From: Candidatus Shapirobacteria bacterium
GTDB lineage: Bacteria > Patescibacteriota > Microgenomatia > UBA12405
NCBI GenBank assembly: GCA_009885205.1
Contig: VFLE01000055.1
Location: forward strand, 11,236 to 75,235
Direction of reading: 5' to 3'
Length of the DNA stretch: 64,000 nucleotides
This document shows, one piece after another, positions 39,051 to 47,973 of this stretch; the stretch's first letter is position 1; every line of letters begins with the position of its first letter. The position numbers were made by a program, and so were the translations under genes. The notes beneath the pieces are model-generated. The model made no database searches, had not been told where the DNA came from, and saw only the letters and a list, made by a program, of their open reading frames with translations.

Positions 39051-39971
39051 TTACAGAAATTTGAACGAGGAAATTACAAAGTCATCGTCGCCTTCCAGGG
39101 TAACGATATATTTTTTGTCGGGAGAAATCGTTGTTTTAATATCACCAAAAGAATGAACGACAGTGTTGTCGTAAACGGAAATGGTGGTGACTGATTCACC
39201 ACTGGTACAGGATTCTTGTTTAAAGGGAATCTTGTTACCGTTGACCGAGGTCGCTTCGACGACATATTTGGCAGTAGTAGGACATTCAAATTGGTAGCCA
39301 TATTTGATATCCTTGTATGTTTTGCCAACAGTTTTTACCGTAGGTTCGGGAGTAACACAGGCTTTTTCGGTACAGGCAATTGTTAAGTTAGGGGTGCACG
39401 AACAAGTGTTGCAAGAATCGGTTGAGGGGAATGACTCACCAACAATATATTTTTTGTCATTGAGTTCACAAAACTGGGAAATTATTTTGGTGGGGGTGGG
39501 CCCCGCCGTTGCGGGATTGACAGAAGTGGGTGCTGGCTCTGATTGATTTGAAAAAAGATTATAAATTATGGCAGAGACGACAACCATAAATAAGGTCAGA
39601 GAAAAATAAAAAAGGTATTTGAAAAAATTTGAGGGTTTATCTTGAATTGGTTCTGATGGAAAATAAATTGGGGGGACTACTGGTTCTTCTTTAACAATGG
39701 GTTCTGAGACAATGGCTTTTTCAATGACCTTTGGAGGGATAATTTTGGGTGAATCTGTTGATATTAATGACTCAGGTTTTGAGACTTCAAATATAGGGTT
39801 TGGTTCTGATGCGACAGGAACAATTTCTGGTTCTAAATTAACTTTGGTTATAACGGGATTTACAACAAGGGGAACAACTTCTTTGTTTTCGACTGGTGGA
39901 GTGAGTGAGGAGGCATATTTGTTTAAAATTTCTTGATATTGTTGTTGCAGTTGATCATCATTATTGGGCAT
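39051..39971 (-). CDS. Membrane protein with Cys-rich pacifastin/vWC-like module
   Basis: P/E-rich N-terminus, TM, CNTCSC....ACTEKAC, SSFKF end. Confidence 0.7.
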   Translation of the reverse strand: MPNNDDQLQQQYQEILNKYASSLTPPVENKEVVPLVVNPVITKVNLEPEIVPVASEPNPIFEVSKPESLISTDSPKIIPPKVIEKAIVSEPIVKEEPVVPPIYFPSEPIQDKPSNFFKYLFYFSLTLFMVVVSAIIYNLFSNQSEPAPTSVNPATAGPTPTKIISQFCELNDKKYIVGESFPSTDSCNTCSCTPNLTIACTEKACVTPEPTVKTVGKTYKDIKYGYQFECPTTAKYVVEATSVNGNKIPFKQESCTSGESVTTISVYDNTVVHSFGDIKTTISPDKKYIVTLEGDDDFVISSFKFL

Positions 39972-40024
39972 ATAAATACTATGACATCTTTACAAAAGAT
40001 ATGCAATAAACTATTATTTTTATA

Positions 40025-40495
40025 ATGAAGAAGATATTAATTTTGTTTGGATTAATAATGGTTTTTAGTGTCAATAATGTTTTGGCGGGTGGCTTTAATA
40101 TGACTTCAATTGGGCAAGTAGACACCTCGGGTCTACAAATTTCCCAGTGGTGGTATACCTCGGGAAACCCAACCTTTCGGGGCGAGGCAACATCAGGGGC
40201 AGAAGTAATTTACGAAATTGATGGGGTGGCATTACAAATTAATGCCGATAGCTCGGGTGATTGGGTGTTTACACCCCAATCTGCTTTGTCGAGTGGTGAT
40301 CACAACATTGTAATTAAAAGTGGCGAGAGTGAAATAAAGTTTGTATTAACAATTGGAAATGAAAATGTAAATTGGTCGACAGTGGAAAAAGGTAGTGGTG
40401 GAGTTTTGCCGGCAGCTGGGACAGCTTGGCCAACAATAATAACATTGGTTGCGGGAGCTGTGATGTTGGTTTTGGCGAAAAGAATGATAATATAA
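40025..40495 (+). CDS. Secreted Ig-like protein with LPxAG sorting signal
   Basis: Signal peptide, PTFRG..ADSSGDW.F, LPAAG + TM + KR tail. Confidence 0.75.
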   Translation: MKKILILFGLIMVFSVNNVLAGGFNMTSIGQVDTSGLQISQWWYTSGNPTFRGEATSGAEVIYEIDGVALQINADSSGDWVFTPQSALSSGDHNIVIKSGESEIKFVLTIGNENVNWSTVEKGSGGVLPAAGTAWPTIITLVAGAVMLVLAKRMII

Positions 40496-40498
40496 GCG

Positions 40499-41572
40499 AT
40501 GAAAAAAGTTTTTATAAAGACTTTTGGTTGTGCTCAAAATATGGCTGATTCGGAGCGAATTAAGGCGTATTATTGGGAAAAGGGATTTGCAGAAGTTGAT
40601 ACTTGGCAAAAGGCTGACGAAGTAGTCATCAATACTTGTATTGTACGAGAATCAGCCGAAAATCGTGCTTACGGATTGATTAAAAATATCCAAAACTTCA
40701 AACTTCCTGCCTCGCCGGCAGGCAGGCAAGCTTCAAACATTAGGGTGGTGGTGACGGGTTGTGCGGTGGGGGCTTATGGTAAAAAAGATATTAAAGGAGT
40801 AGACGAGTGGGCCAAGATTGATAAATTTTTGGTGTGGGAACCGATAAGGTCTAACAAAAAGGCAGCCTTAATTTCTATTTCGACTGGCTGTAATAATCAC
40901 TGTACTTTTTGTATTGTGCCTCGCGCTCGCGGCAAAGAAGTGTCAAAAACATTGGCGACGGTTTTGGCCGAAGTTGACAGGGCAATTGAAAGTGGTTTTA
41001 AAGAAGTGGTATTAATTGGACAAAATGTAAATAGTTATGGTTCTGATTTTAATACTGATTCGTGGGTACATATGGGTAAAAAGCGGATTAAAAGTCGGTT
41101 TCCGGAGCTTTTGGAAAATGTGGCCAAACGTAATTTGGACAAAATTTCGTTTATATCGAGTAATCCCTGGGATTTTTCGGACGAATTGATTGAGACAATA
41201 GCTAAACATAAAAATATTGATAGATTAATTCACCTCCCCTTTCAATCGGGCAACGATGAAATTTTAAAGAGAATGAACAGGGCCTATACTAAACAAGAAT
41301 ATTTAGAGTTAGTACAAAAAATAAAGTCGAAGGTAAAGGATGTCAGATTTAGTACAGATATAATAGTAGGATTTCCGGGAGAAACTGATGAACAGTTTTT
41401 GGATACGGTCGATGTCTGTAAAAAGGTGGGTTTTGAAATTGCTTATATTAATAAATACTCGCCACGCTTGGGCACCGTCTCGGCAAAAATTTTTGAAAAT
41501 GATATTCCGATGAAGATAAAGAAGGAAAGATGGGTGATATTGGATCAGTTGGTGAATAAGAAATTACCTTAA
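40499..41572 (+). CDS. miaB: MiaB-like radical SAM methylthiotransferase (no TRAM domain)
   Basis: TFGCAQN, NTC.VRE.AE, CNNHCTFC, TDIIVGFPGET. Confidence 0.82.
   Translation: MKKVFIKTFGCAQNMADSERIKAYYWEKGFAEVDTWQKADEVVINTCIVRESAENRAYGLIKNIQNFKLPASPAGRQASNIRVVVTGCAVGAYGKKDIKGVDEWAKIDKFLVWEPIRSNKKAALISISTGCNNHCTFCIVPRARGKEVSKTLATVLAEVDRAIESGFKEVVLIGQNVNSYGSDFNTDSWVHMGKKRIKSRFPELLENVAKRNLDKISFISSNPWDFSDELIETIAKHKNIDRLIHLPFQSGNDEILKRMNRAYTKQEYLELVQKIKSKVKDVRFSTDIIVGFPGETDEQFLDTVDVCKKVGFEIAYINKYSPRLGTVSAKIFENDIPMKIKKERWVILDQLVNKKLP
40706..40726. repeat. Mini-palindrome CCTGCCTCGCCGGCAGGCAGG within miaB
   Basis: GC-rich imperfect inverted repeat flanked by CAAACTT-like heptamers. Confidence 0.7.
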
Positions 41573-42466
41573 ATATTTAGCGATATTGGCATTGTGTTCG
41601 GAGAGGGTTTTGGCGTAACGCATGGTGCCGTCGGTGCCGTGGATATAATAGAGATAATCTGAAGGGATGGGGTTATTTGCCGCAAAAAGAGAGTCAAGGC
41701 CAGGATTGCAAATTGGACTGGGGGGTAGACCAGTACTTAAATAAGTATTGAAGGGAGAAACAATTTTTAAGTCAGTTTTAGTTAGTTTTAGCCAATATTT
41801 AGCTGGTTTATTTTTGGTATCGCGAGCATATTGAACAGTAGCATCAATTTGTAACGCCATGTTAATTTTGAGACGATTGTTAATAATCCCAGCCACCATT
41901 TGTTTATCCGTTTTAGTCTTGGCCTCGCGTTCTAAAATTGAGGCTAGGGTAATAATTTGGGATAAATTATTTTGGTTAATGTTTAAAGAAGTTATTTTTT
42001 TGTCGAAATTTGTTTTGATTAAAGAGGTGACATCGTCGGTAGTAAAATAATCGGGAATTAAATAACTGTCAGGATAAATATATCCTTCAAGGTCGGGGGT
42101 AAATATAAATTTGGAAGAAATTTCTTGCACCCGTGTCCCGGGAATAATTTTTAACCAAAAGTCGTAACTACCGCCAGTAGTAAGTTTGGCCAATATTTGG
42201 GATAAATTATTAGATGAAGTTAATTGAAAACCACCAGCTTTAATATTTTTACTACTATCGGTTAAAAGAGCATAAATTAAAAAAGCATATTTGTTTTTAG
42301 TAAATTTATTTTTGGATAAACGAAAACTAATGGTTTGGAGACTATCACCCTGATTGATGACAAATTGACGAGAAGTGGTGTCGGTGGAAACAGGTGAAAA
42401 TGACCAATAACAAACTAAAATCGATAAAAACAAAAAGATAAACGAGAAAAGTAAAACTTTTTTCAT
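41564..42466 (-). CDS. mltG: Endolytic transglycosylase MltG
   Basis: LEGYIYPDSY, LASILERE, LQIDATVQY, SPFNTY, GLPPSPICNPG. Confidence 0.93.
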   Translation of the reverse strand: MKKVLLFSFIFLFLSILVCYWSFSPVSTDTTSRQFVINQGDSLQTISFRLSKNKFTKNKYAFLIYALLTDSSKNIKAGGFQLTSSNNLSQILAKLTTGGSYDFWLKIIPGTRVQEISSKFIFTPDLEGYIYPDSYLIPDYFTTDDVTSLIKTNFDKKITSLNINQNNLSQIITLASILEREAKTKTDKQMVAGIINNRLKINMALQIDATVQYARDTKNKPAKYWLKLTKTDLKIVSPFNTYLSTGLPPSPICNPGLDSLFAANNPIPSDYLYYIHGTDGTMRYAKTLSEHNANIAKYLR

Positions 42467-42469
42467 GAA

Positions 42470-42667
42470 CTAAACTTCACTAAATAGAGCGCGGCGATAG
42501 GTTGACTTTTTGCTGTCAAAAATAAAAATACGACCACACTTGCAAGTGGCAGTAGTCTGACCTCGAACCTGAGCTTTGACAGCCTTGGCTAAAGGTTCAC
42601 TGCAACCAACACAACGACCCTGGGATAACAACCATGCTTGGATAGGAGAGATAAGATTTTTAAACAT
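42470..42667 (-). CDS. Small Zn-ribbon-like protein
   Basis: CVGC...CKCGR; tight packing in the operon. Confidence 0.65.
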   Translation of the reverse strand: MFKNLISPIQAWLLSQGRCVGCSEPLAKAVKAQVRGQTTATCKCGRIFIFDSKKSTYRRALFSEV

Positions 42668-42674
42668 TGACTAA

Positions 42675-43028
42675 TTATAAACTAATTGCCCGATTTAAGA
42701 TAATAGCAGCTGAAACTGAATCTAATTTTTTACTATTTTTGGGACGAATTTTACTAGCTTCGATGGTGGAAACGGCTTCTTCGACGGTTTCAATTGGAAT
42801 ATTGGTTGCTGTTTTTAATTTGTTGACAAAGGATTTTGTAACAAGAGCAAATTTGCCTTGAGACATGCCAACAAAAATTTTATTGATTTTATAATCGGTA
42901 ATTATTTTTTTTATTTGAATTATTAATTTATCATTGTTGTCGATTTGAGGGAGGGTAAAAATAATATTGTTGATAGTGTAGGCTAGACCGACTCGTTTGG
43001 TACCATAATCTAAGCTTAAGTAGTTCAT
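42675..43028 (-). CDS. ruvX: RuvX/YqgF pre-16S rRNA nuclease
   Basis: LSLDYGTKRVGLA, LDSVSAAIIL. Confidence 0.88.
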   Translation of the reverse strand: MNYLSLDYGTKRVGLAYTINNIIFTLPQIDNNDKLIIQIKKIITDYKINKIFVGMSQGKFALVTKSFVNKLKTATNIPIETVEEAVSTIEASKIRPKNSKKLDSVSAAIILNRAISL

Positions 43029-43029
43029 A

Positions 43030-43761
43030 TTAAAAATCGACAATGCGGGCTTTAATAACTAAACGACGTAAATAGGTACCGGGCGGGGTACAAGTAATAA
43101 GGGTCAAATATCGACCATCAAAACGTTGTTCGAGGACAGATAGATCGGTAGGGGGGACTTCGTACATTTCTTCGACTAAATATTTATATTCAACGCTGTC
43201 GAAATTAATCAAGATTTCGTCACCTTGTTTTAATTTATATAAAGTAGAAAAAATAGTTAAATATGACTTGGGGTTAAAAAACTGAGGCAAAACGGAATGA
43301 CCAAAAATAACTGGCGAACCAAATTGACCAGGGAGGGCGGTTTGAGGATATTGGATGAGACTTTTTTTGAGATCTAAACTACCAACTTGGACCACGGCCG
43401 AGTCAATTTTTAGTTTGGGGACGGAAATTAAATATTCCGTTTTTGAGACAGTGGGATTTTGGGAAGAATTTTGTAAATTGTTTTGATCGTCAACAAACCA
43501 GTTTGACAATTGAGTAAAGTCGGTACCACTTTCACCTAAAATACTACCAGAATTGGCATATCGAGTAGAAAGAGGACTTAAGACTTGATTAAATTTGATT
43601 GAATATTCGATTTGATATTGTAAGATTGGTACAATGGCTGACAAAAAAAATAAAACACCAATAATTAAAAACGAAGAGGCAATTATTTTTTTGTGCTGAG
43701 GGGATAGCTTGGGTCGAGGTCGAGGAATTTTTACTTCCTTTTTGACATAAATATAGCCCAT
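43030..43761 (-). CDS. Sortase
   Basis: TM, ISVPKLKI, GHS, LTLITC, RLVIKA. Confidence 0.9.
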   Translation of the reverse strand: MGYIYVKKEVKIPRPRPKLSPQHKKIIASSFLIIGVLFFLSAIVPILQYQIEYSIKFNQVLSPLSTRYANSGSILGESGTDFTQLSNWFVDDQNNLQNSSQNPTVSKTEYLISVPKLKIDSAVVQVGSLDLKKSLIQYPQTALPGQFGSPVIFGHSVLPQFFNPKSYLTIFSTLYKLKQGDEILINFDSVEYKYLVEEMYEVPPTDLSVLEQRFDGRYLTLITCTPPGTYLRRLVIKARIVDF

Positions 43762-43762
43762 T

Positions 43763-45727
43763 TTAGTTTTTAATGATGATATTGATTAAGTTAGATTTGA
43801 CAGGTAATCGGTGAAGTAAATTAAAAAACCAAAGAGAATTGTTTAAATCATGTTGATAATATTTGGGTAAGGTATTTAAAATTGATTTTAGATCTGATTC
43901 TTTTTTACCGACTAACTTTAATTTGAGTTGATCAATATTTATCAAAGGATTAGCAACACCAGTTAAAGTTAGTTGACCAGAATTATAATTTAAAGTTACT
44001 TTAGCCGAATTTTTGTCTAAAAGAGTCAGACTCTCCCGCTTGGGGAAAAAAGTGGAAATTATATTTTGTTTTTGAAGTAAATCAAAATATAAAAAACTGA
44101 CCTTGGAAGAAAGTTGTAAAGATAAAACGTCGGCTTCTTCCCCAACTTCACGATTAAAAGTCGTTTTTTGATTTTCATAGACCATGGTTGAATCAAGAAT
44201 TGAATTTTCAGTTGATTTTTGGGAATTTATATCATTTTTGGCCTGTTGTTTTAACAATTCTTTGGCTGATTCTAAAACCTTGGTTTTGTCAGCTTGAGTG
44301 ACAACCGCGATTTGATCGCGAGTACCACCAGTAAAGGCTTTGGTTGACTTGGCCAATAAATTGGGGTCACTTTTGATGGTAAAAGCAATATTTTCTGATA
44401 AATTATATTCTGGCCCAATGATTTTAGCAGTCACGGCTGCCTTGACCTGACCCATAGTGATGATGCCAGTATCTAAATTAGAAGTACTGGCAGGGAGCAA
44501 AATGTTGTTGGTGGTTTCAAATTCTTTGCCAGAAGTATCGGTAATAACGAGGCCTTTGTTAACGGTAATTGATCGATCGAGTTTATTAAAAACGATGACT
44601 TCACCTTTGGCTTTTTCCCCGACTTCTTTTTTGCCAGTAGTAGAGGAAGAAGTACCGACACTTAAATCAAAAGTTTTGGTGGTGACATTGGAGGCAGGAT
44701 CTGGAGTAAAAGCAAAGATTTCGCTAAACTCGGTCGGGTTTTGATAGATGGTTAAATCGACCCTAGAAAAATAAAGCGGTAAAACCGGTAAAAATGGCAA
44801 TAAAACTAGGGGTAAAAGATAAATGTAGTTAAATTTTAATTTTGGAAAAGAAAAATTATGTAGGAACGCATCATGATGCGTTCCTACGTTTGAATTTTGA
44901 GGTGGCTCTTCGAGAACAGGATTGACTTCAACTGGTGAATCTTCTGCTGTAAATCCGAGAGAAGTGGCATCTATCTCTTCTGTGGTATCGGAAACAGGAA
45001 TAACATCGATGATGTTATTAGTAATTGAGGTGGCGGCGGGAGTAATTTGTTTTTTGACAGTATCGACAAAAATTTGGGCCAAAGATGAAGGATCAAGAGA
45101 AATAACATTGGGTAAGTGTAAAAATGTTTCTAAGTCTTGGCGAGCTAACCAGTTATAATTTTTTAAATCGTCAATAATTTCGGGGGAATAACTACCAATA
45201 ACAATTATTTTGGGTGGTAGGGCCGAGGTAAATTCAAGAGCTGATAATTGTTCTTCAAATTTGGAAACGGAAAAATCGGCCGAAAAATCGGCTGTAAATC
45301 GTTTTTTAATTTGACCTAAATAGACTAGAGAAAGATGATAATGTTTGGGACTAAAATAAACTAAAAGATAAGAACCGGGAAAAGAGTCATCATGATCATA
45401 AGATTCAATAAAAGCATCGTCATAACTAACAAAACCAAGGGGGTGGAATTTTAATTTTTGACAAATAGATTTGAGATTGGTTAGTATTTGGGGGGAAATA
45501 CTACCATCTGGTCCCACCCAATTTGGTGGAACAATAAAAGCACAATTTGAAGTTTCGTCATTATTTTGGGTAGAAATAGAGGTATCGATGGCTTTTAAAA
45601 GTGAGTCGGGGTTGTCAGAACTCCATTCTATTTCTTGACCAAGACTGATGATTTTATTGGAAACCAGAGAAACCTGAGCGGTATCAGATGTGATGGAAAT
45701 TAACCAATAAGCATTGTCGTGCATCAC
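43763..45727 (-). CDS. Large membrane protein with baseplate J-like C-terminal region
   Basis: TTGKKEVGEKAKGEVIVFN, GPEYN, FTGG; family call from recall only. Confidence 0.55.
   Translation of the reverse strand: MMHDNAYWLISITSDTAQVSLVSNKIISLGQEIEWSSDNPDSLLKAIDTSISTQNNDETSNCAFIVPPNWVGPDGSISPQILTNLKSICQKLKFHPLGFVSYDDAFIESYDHDDSFPGSYLLVYFSPKHYHLSLVYLGQIKKRFTADFSADFSVSKFEEQLSALEFTSALPPKIIVIGSYSPEIIDDLKNYNWLARQDLETFLHLPNVISLDPSSLAQIFVDTVKKQITPAATSITNNIIDVIPVSDTTEEIDATSLGFTAEDSPVEVNPVLEEPPQNSNVGTHHDAFLHNFSFPKLKFNYIYLLPLVLLPFLPVLPLYFSRVDLTIYQNPTEFSEIFAFTPDPASNVTTKTFDLSVGTSSSTTGKKEVGEKAKGEVIVFNKLDRSITVNKGLVITDTSGKEFETTNNILLPASTSNLDTGIITMGQVKAAVTAKIIGPEYNLSENIAFTIKSDPNLLAKSTKAFTGGTRDQIAVVTQADKTKVLESAKELLKQQAKNDINSQKSTENSILDSTMVYENQKTTFNREVGEEADVLSLQLSSKVSFLYFDLLQKQNIISTFFPKRESLTLLDKNSAKVTLNYNSGQLTLTGVANPLINIDQLKLKLVGKKESDLKSILNTLPKYYQHDLNNSLWFFNLLHRLPVKSNLINIIIKN
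44860..44887. repeat. GTAG palindrome 5 (GTAGGAACG arms, core CATCATGATG), inside CDS
   Basis: Perfect 28-bp palindrome, translated VGTHHDAFL. Confidence 0.92.
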
Positions 45728-47484
45728 TCTAGAATAGCATAAATTCGACGTTTTCCACTGCCTGCAGATTCTTGTTTTTGGATAGTGAATTTACCTAGTT
45801 CTTGCGTATTTTTAACGTGGGGACCAGTACAGACTTCGGCAGAGAAATCCCCCATTTGATAGACGGTGACAATTTCGGGGTATTTATTGCCAAAAAAAGC
45901 TAGAGCCCCTGATTTTTGGGCGTCGGTAAAAGGCATGGATTTTACTGTTACCTCCATTTTTTTGTTGATTTGTTGATTAACCAAATCGTTTACTTGTTTG
46001 ATTTGATCATCTGTCAATTTATCAGTATGGGTAAAATCAAAACGCATTCTATCACCAGTGATATTTGAACCGGACTGTTGGACATGGTTACCTAAAACTT
46101 GACGCAAACTTTGATGTAAAAGATGGGTAGCAGTATGATAACGAGTGATTACTTCGCTATGGTCAGCTAAACCGGATTTAAATTTCCCAGCGGATAATGT
46201 TCTTGATTCTTCTTGATGTTCAAGTCTTGCTTCCTCAAAAGATTTTTTAATTGCGTCGGGATCTAATAAAAGTTTTCCATTAATTTCTTCTAAAAACATC
46301 TCTAATGGAAAACCAAAACTTTCGTAGAAATAAAAGGCTTGTTTGCCAATATCACTATACTTGATATATTTTGGCTTACCTTCGATAATTTTACCTAATT
46401 CATTTTTGTATTTTTCAATTTCCTTTAAACCATTATTTAGAGTTTTTCTAAATTTATTTTCTTCAACTTCTAGAGTTTGTAATATTTTTTCTTTATTTTG
46501 ATTTAATTCAGAATAAATACCAGCATAGTTGTCTTGATTATCTAAAACTGATTGAGCAATAATTGAACAAAAATTAGTTTCAATGCCAATTAATTTACCT
46601 TGACGAATGGCGCGGCGAATAAGACGGCGCAAAACATAGCCACGTTCTTTATTGCTTGGCTCAATCCCATCAGCAATGATAAAAACAGCTGAACGAACAT
46701 GATCAGCTATTATTCTCATTGCTCGAGTTATTTGCTCGTCAGTACCATAACTTTTTCCTGATAAAAATTCAATTTTTTTGATAATTAGTTGCCAGATGGT
46801 GGACAAATAATTATCAGAGTGACCTTCAAGAAAAGCAGTGGTGCGTTCGACACCCATACCAGTATCGACATTAGGCTTGGCCAAAGGCTGATATTTACCA
46901 ACAGAATCTTTGTTAAATTGCATAAAAACATCGTTCCAAATTTCAACACCATCGATAAACATCTCCGAATCAGGACCACATGGACCGGTAACACCAGCTG
47001 GTCCCCACCAATTGTCATCCTTGGGCAAAAATTTTATTTTATCTTTAGGGATACCTATTTTTTCCCAGATTTTGGCACTATCAGTATCTTTTGGAGAATT
47101 GTTGTCACCCTCAAAACAGGTGACAACTAGACGGCTTTTATCTAAATTTAAATGTTTGGTAATAAATTCAAAACTCCAATTTAGTGCTTCATTTTTAAAA
47201 TAATCGCCAAGCGACCAGTTACCCAACATTTCAAAAAAAGTGTGGTGATAAGTGTCACCAACTGAATCGATGTCACCAGTACGAATACATTTTTGGACGT
47301 TGACCAAACGCTTGCCTAATGGGTGGGGTTGGCCCAATAGATAGGGAACTAAGGGATGCATACCAGCGGAAATAAAAAGAGTGGTGGGGTCGTTTTCGGG
47401 AACTAGAGAGGCCGAGGGAATTTCGGCATGACTTTTCCCCACAAAAAATTCAATATATTTGCTTTTTAATTCACGAGCGTTCAT
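45724..47484 (-). CDS. alaS: Alanine--tRNA ligase (lacks C-Ala domain)
   Basis: HHTFFEMLGNWS, VDTGMG.ER, HTATHLL, EVCTGPHV. Confidence 0.96.
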   Translation of the reverse strand: MNARELKSKYIEFFVGKSHAEIPSASLVPENDPTTLFISAGMHPLVPYLLGQPHPLGKRLVNVQKCIRTGDIDSVGDTYHHTFFEMLGNWSLGDYFKNEALNWSFEFITKHLNLDKSRLVVTCFEGDNNSPKDTDSAKIWEKIGIPKDKIKFLPKDDNWWGPAGVTGPCGPDSEMFIDGVEIWNDVFMQFNKDSVGKYQPLAKPNVDTGMGVERTTAFLEGHSDNYLSTIWQLIIKKIEFLSGKSYGTDEQITRAMRIIADHVRSAVFIIADGIEPSNKERGYVLRRLIRRAIRQGKLIGIETNFCSIIAQSVLDNQDNYAGIYSELNQNKEKILQTLEVEENKFRKTLNNGLKEIEKYKNELGKIIEGKPKYIKYSDIGKQAFYFYESFGFPLEMFLEEINGKLLLDPDAIKKSFEEARLEHQEESRTLSAGKFKSGLADHSEVITRYHTATHLLHQSLRQVLGNHVQQSGSNITGDRMRFDFTHTDKLTDDQIKQVNDLVNQQINKKMEVTVKSMPFTDAQKSGALAFFGNKYPEIVTVYQMGDFSAEVCTGPHVKNTQELGKFTIQKQESAGSGKRRIYAILE

Positions 47485-47511
47485 GGGAGAATTATAGCAA
47501 ATGATTTAATT

Positions 47512-47539
47512 GTAGAGACGTGATTAATCACGTCTCTAC
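47512..47539. repeat. GTAG palindrome 6 (core TGATTAATCA)
   Basis: Perfect 28-bp palindrome identical to copy 13. Confidence 0.95.
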
Positions 47540-47564
47540 GAAAAAATAAAACAATTTTATGTAT

Positions 47565-47593
47565 AAGGAACAGACACACAGGTCTGTTCCTAC
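47565..47593 (-). repeat. GTAG element 7 (looped type GTAGGAACAGACCTGTGTGTCTGTTCCTT)
   Basis: AGGAACAGAC/GTCTGTTCCT arms; its TAG is the stop of the upstream CDS. Confidence 0.85.
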
Positions 47594-47973
47594 GTTTTTA
47601 ATCGTTTAAAAACTTTTTTAGATTTGATTACTTTTTTGGGTGTTAGATTTAGAGTTTCGACATCAGAGGGGATGGTGACGGATATTTTTTTGATTGGCTC
47701 AACAATGTTAGTAGAGACGTAGCGCGCTACGTCTCTACGCTTTTTTTTTATTATTTTTTTCGATTTTGTAGAGACGCCCCTAGGGGCGTCTCTACTATTG
47801 TCTATTAATTTATCTGTTTCACCAAAAAAATCGTTAAATTTATTTTTTATTTTTTTGATAATTTTGGCTTTGTCCTCAGCCGATATTAAAACAACTGCAG
47901 AAGCGATGATGGCGCCAATTATTAATCCCATTATAAAAAGTGAATTGTTATTATTTTTACTATCATTACACAT
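47590..47973 (-). CDS. YtxH-like small membrane-anchored protein carrying two translated palindromes
   Basis: FIMGLIIGAIIAS N-terminal segment; adjacent to a DUF948-like gene. Confidence 0.6.
   Translation of the reverse strand: MCNDSKNNNNSLFIMGLIIGAIIASAVVLISAEDKAKIIKKIKNKFNDFFGETDKLIDNSRDAPRGVSTKSKKIIKKKRRDVARYVSTNIVEPIKKISVTIPSDVETLNLTPKKVIKSKKVFKRLKT
47711..47738. repeat. GTAG palindrome 8 (core TAGCGCGCTA), inside CDS
   Basis: Perfect 28 bp; translated RRDVARYVST. Confidence 0.95.
47768..47795. repeat. GTAG palindrome 9 (core CCCCTAGGGG), inside CDS
   Basis: Perfect 28 bp; translated SRDAPRGVST. Confidence 0.95.

Noticed and set aside
38197-45727. Prophage suggested by BRO-N and baseplate-like genes
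   Set aside because: No integrase, terminase, capsid or tail genes; neighbours are housekeeping genes.
47512-47795. Clustered 28-bp repeats as a CRISPR array
   Set aside because: Irregular spacing, variation inside the repeats rather than in spacers, copies dispersed across the window, no cas genes.
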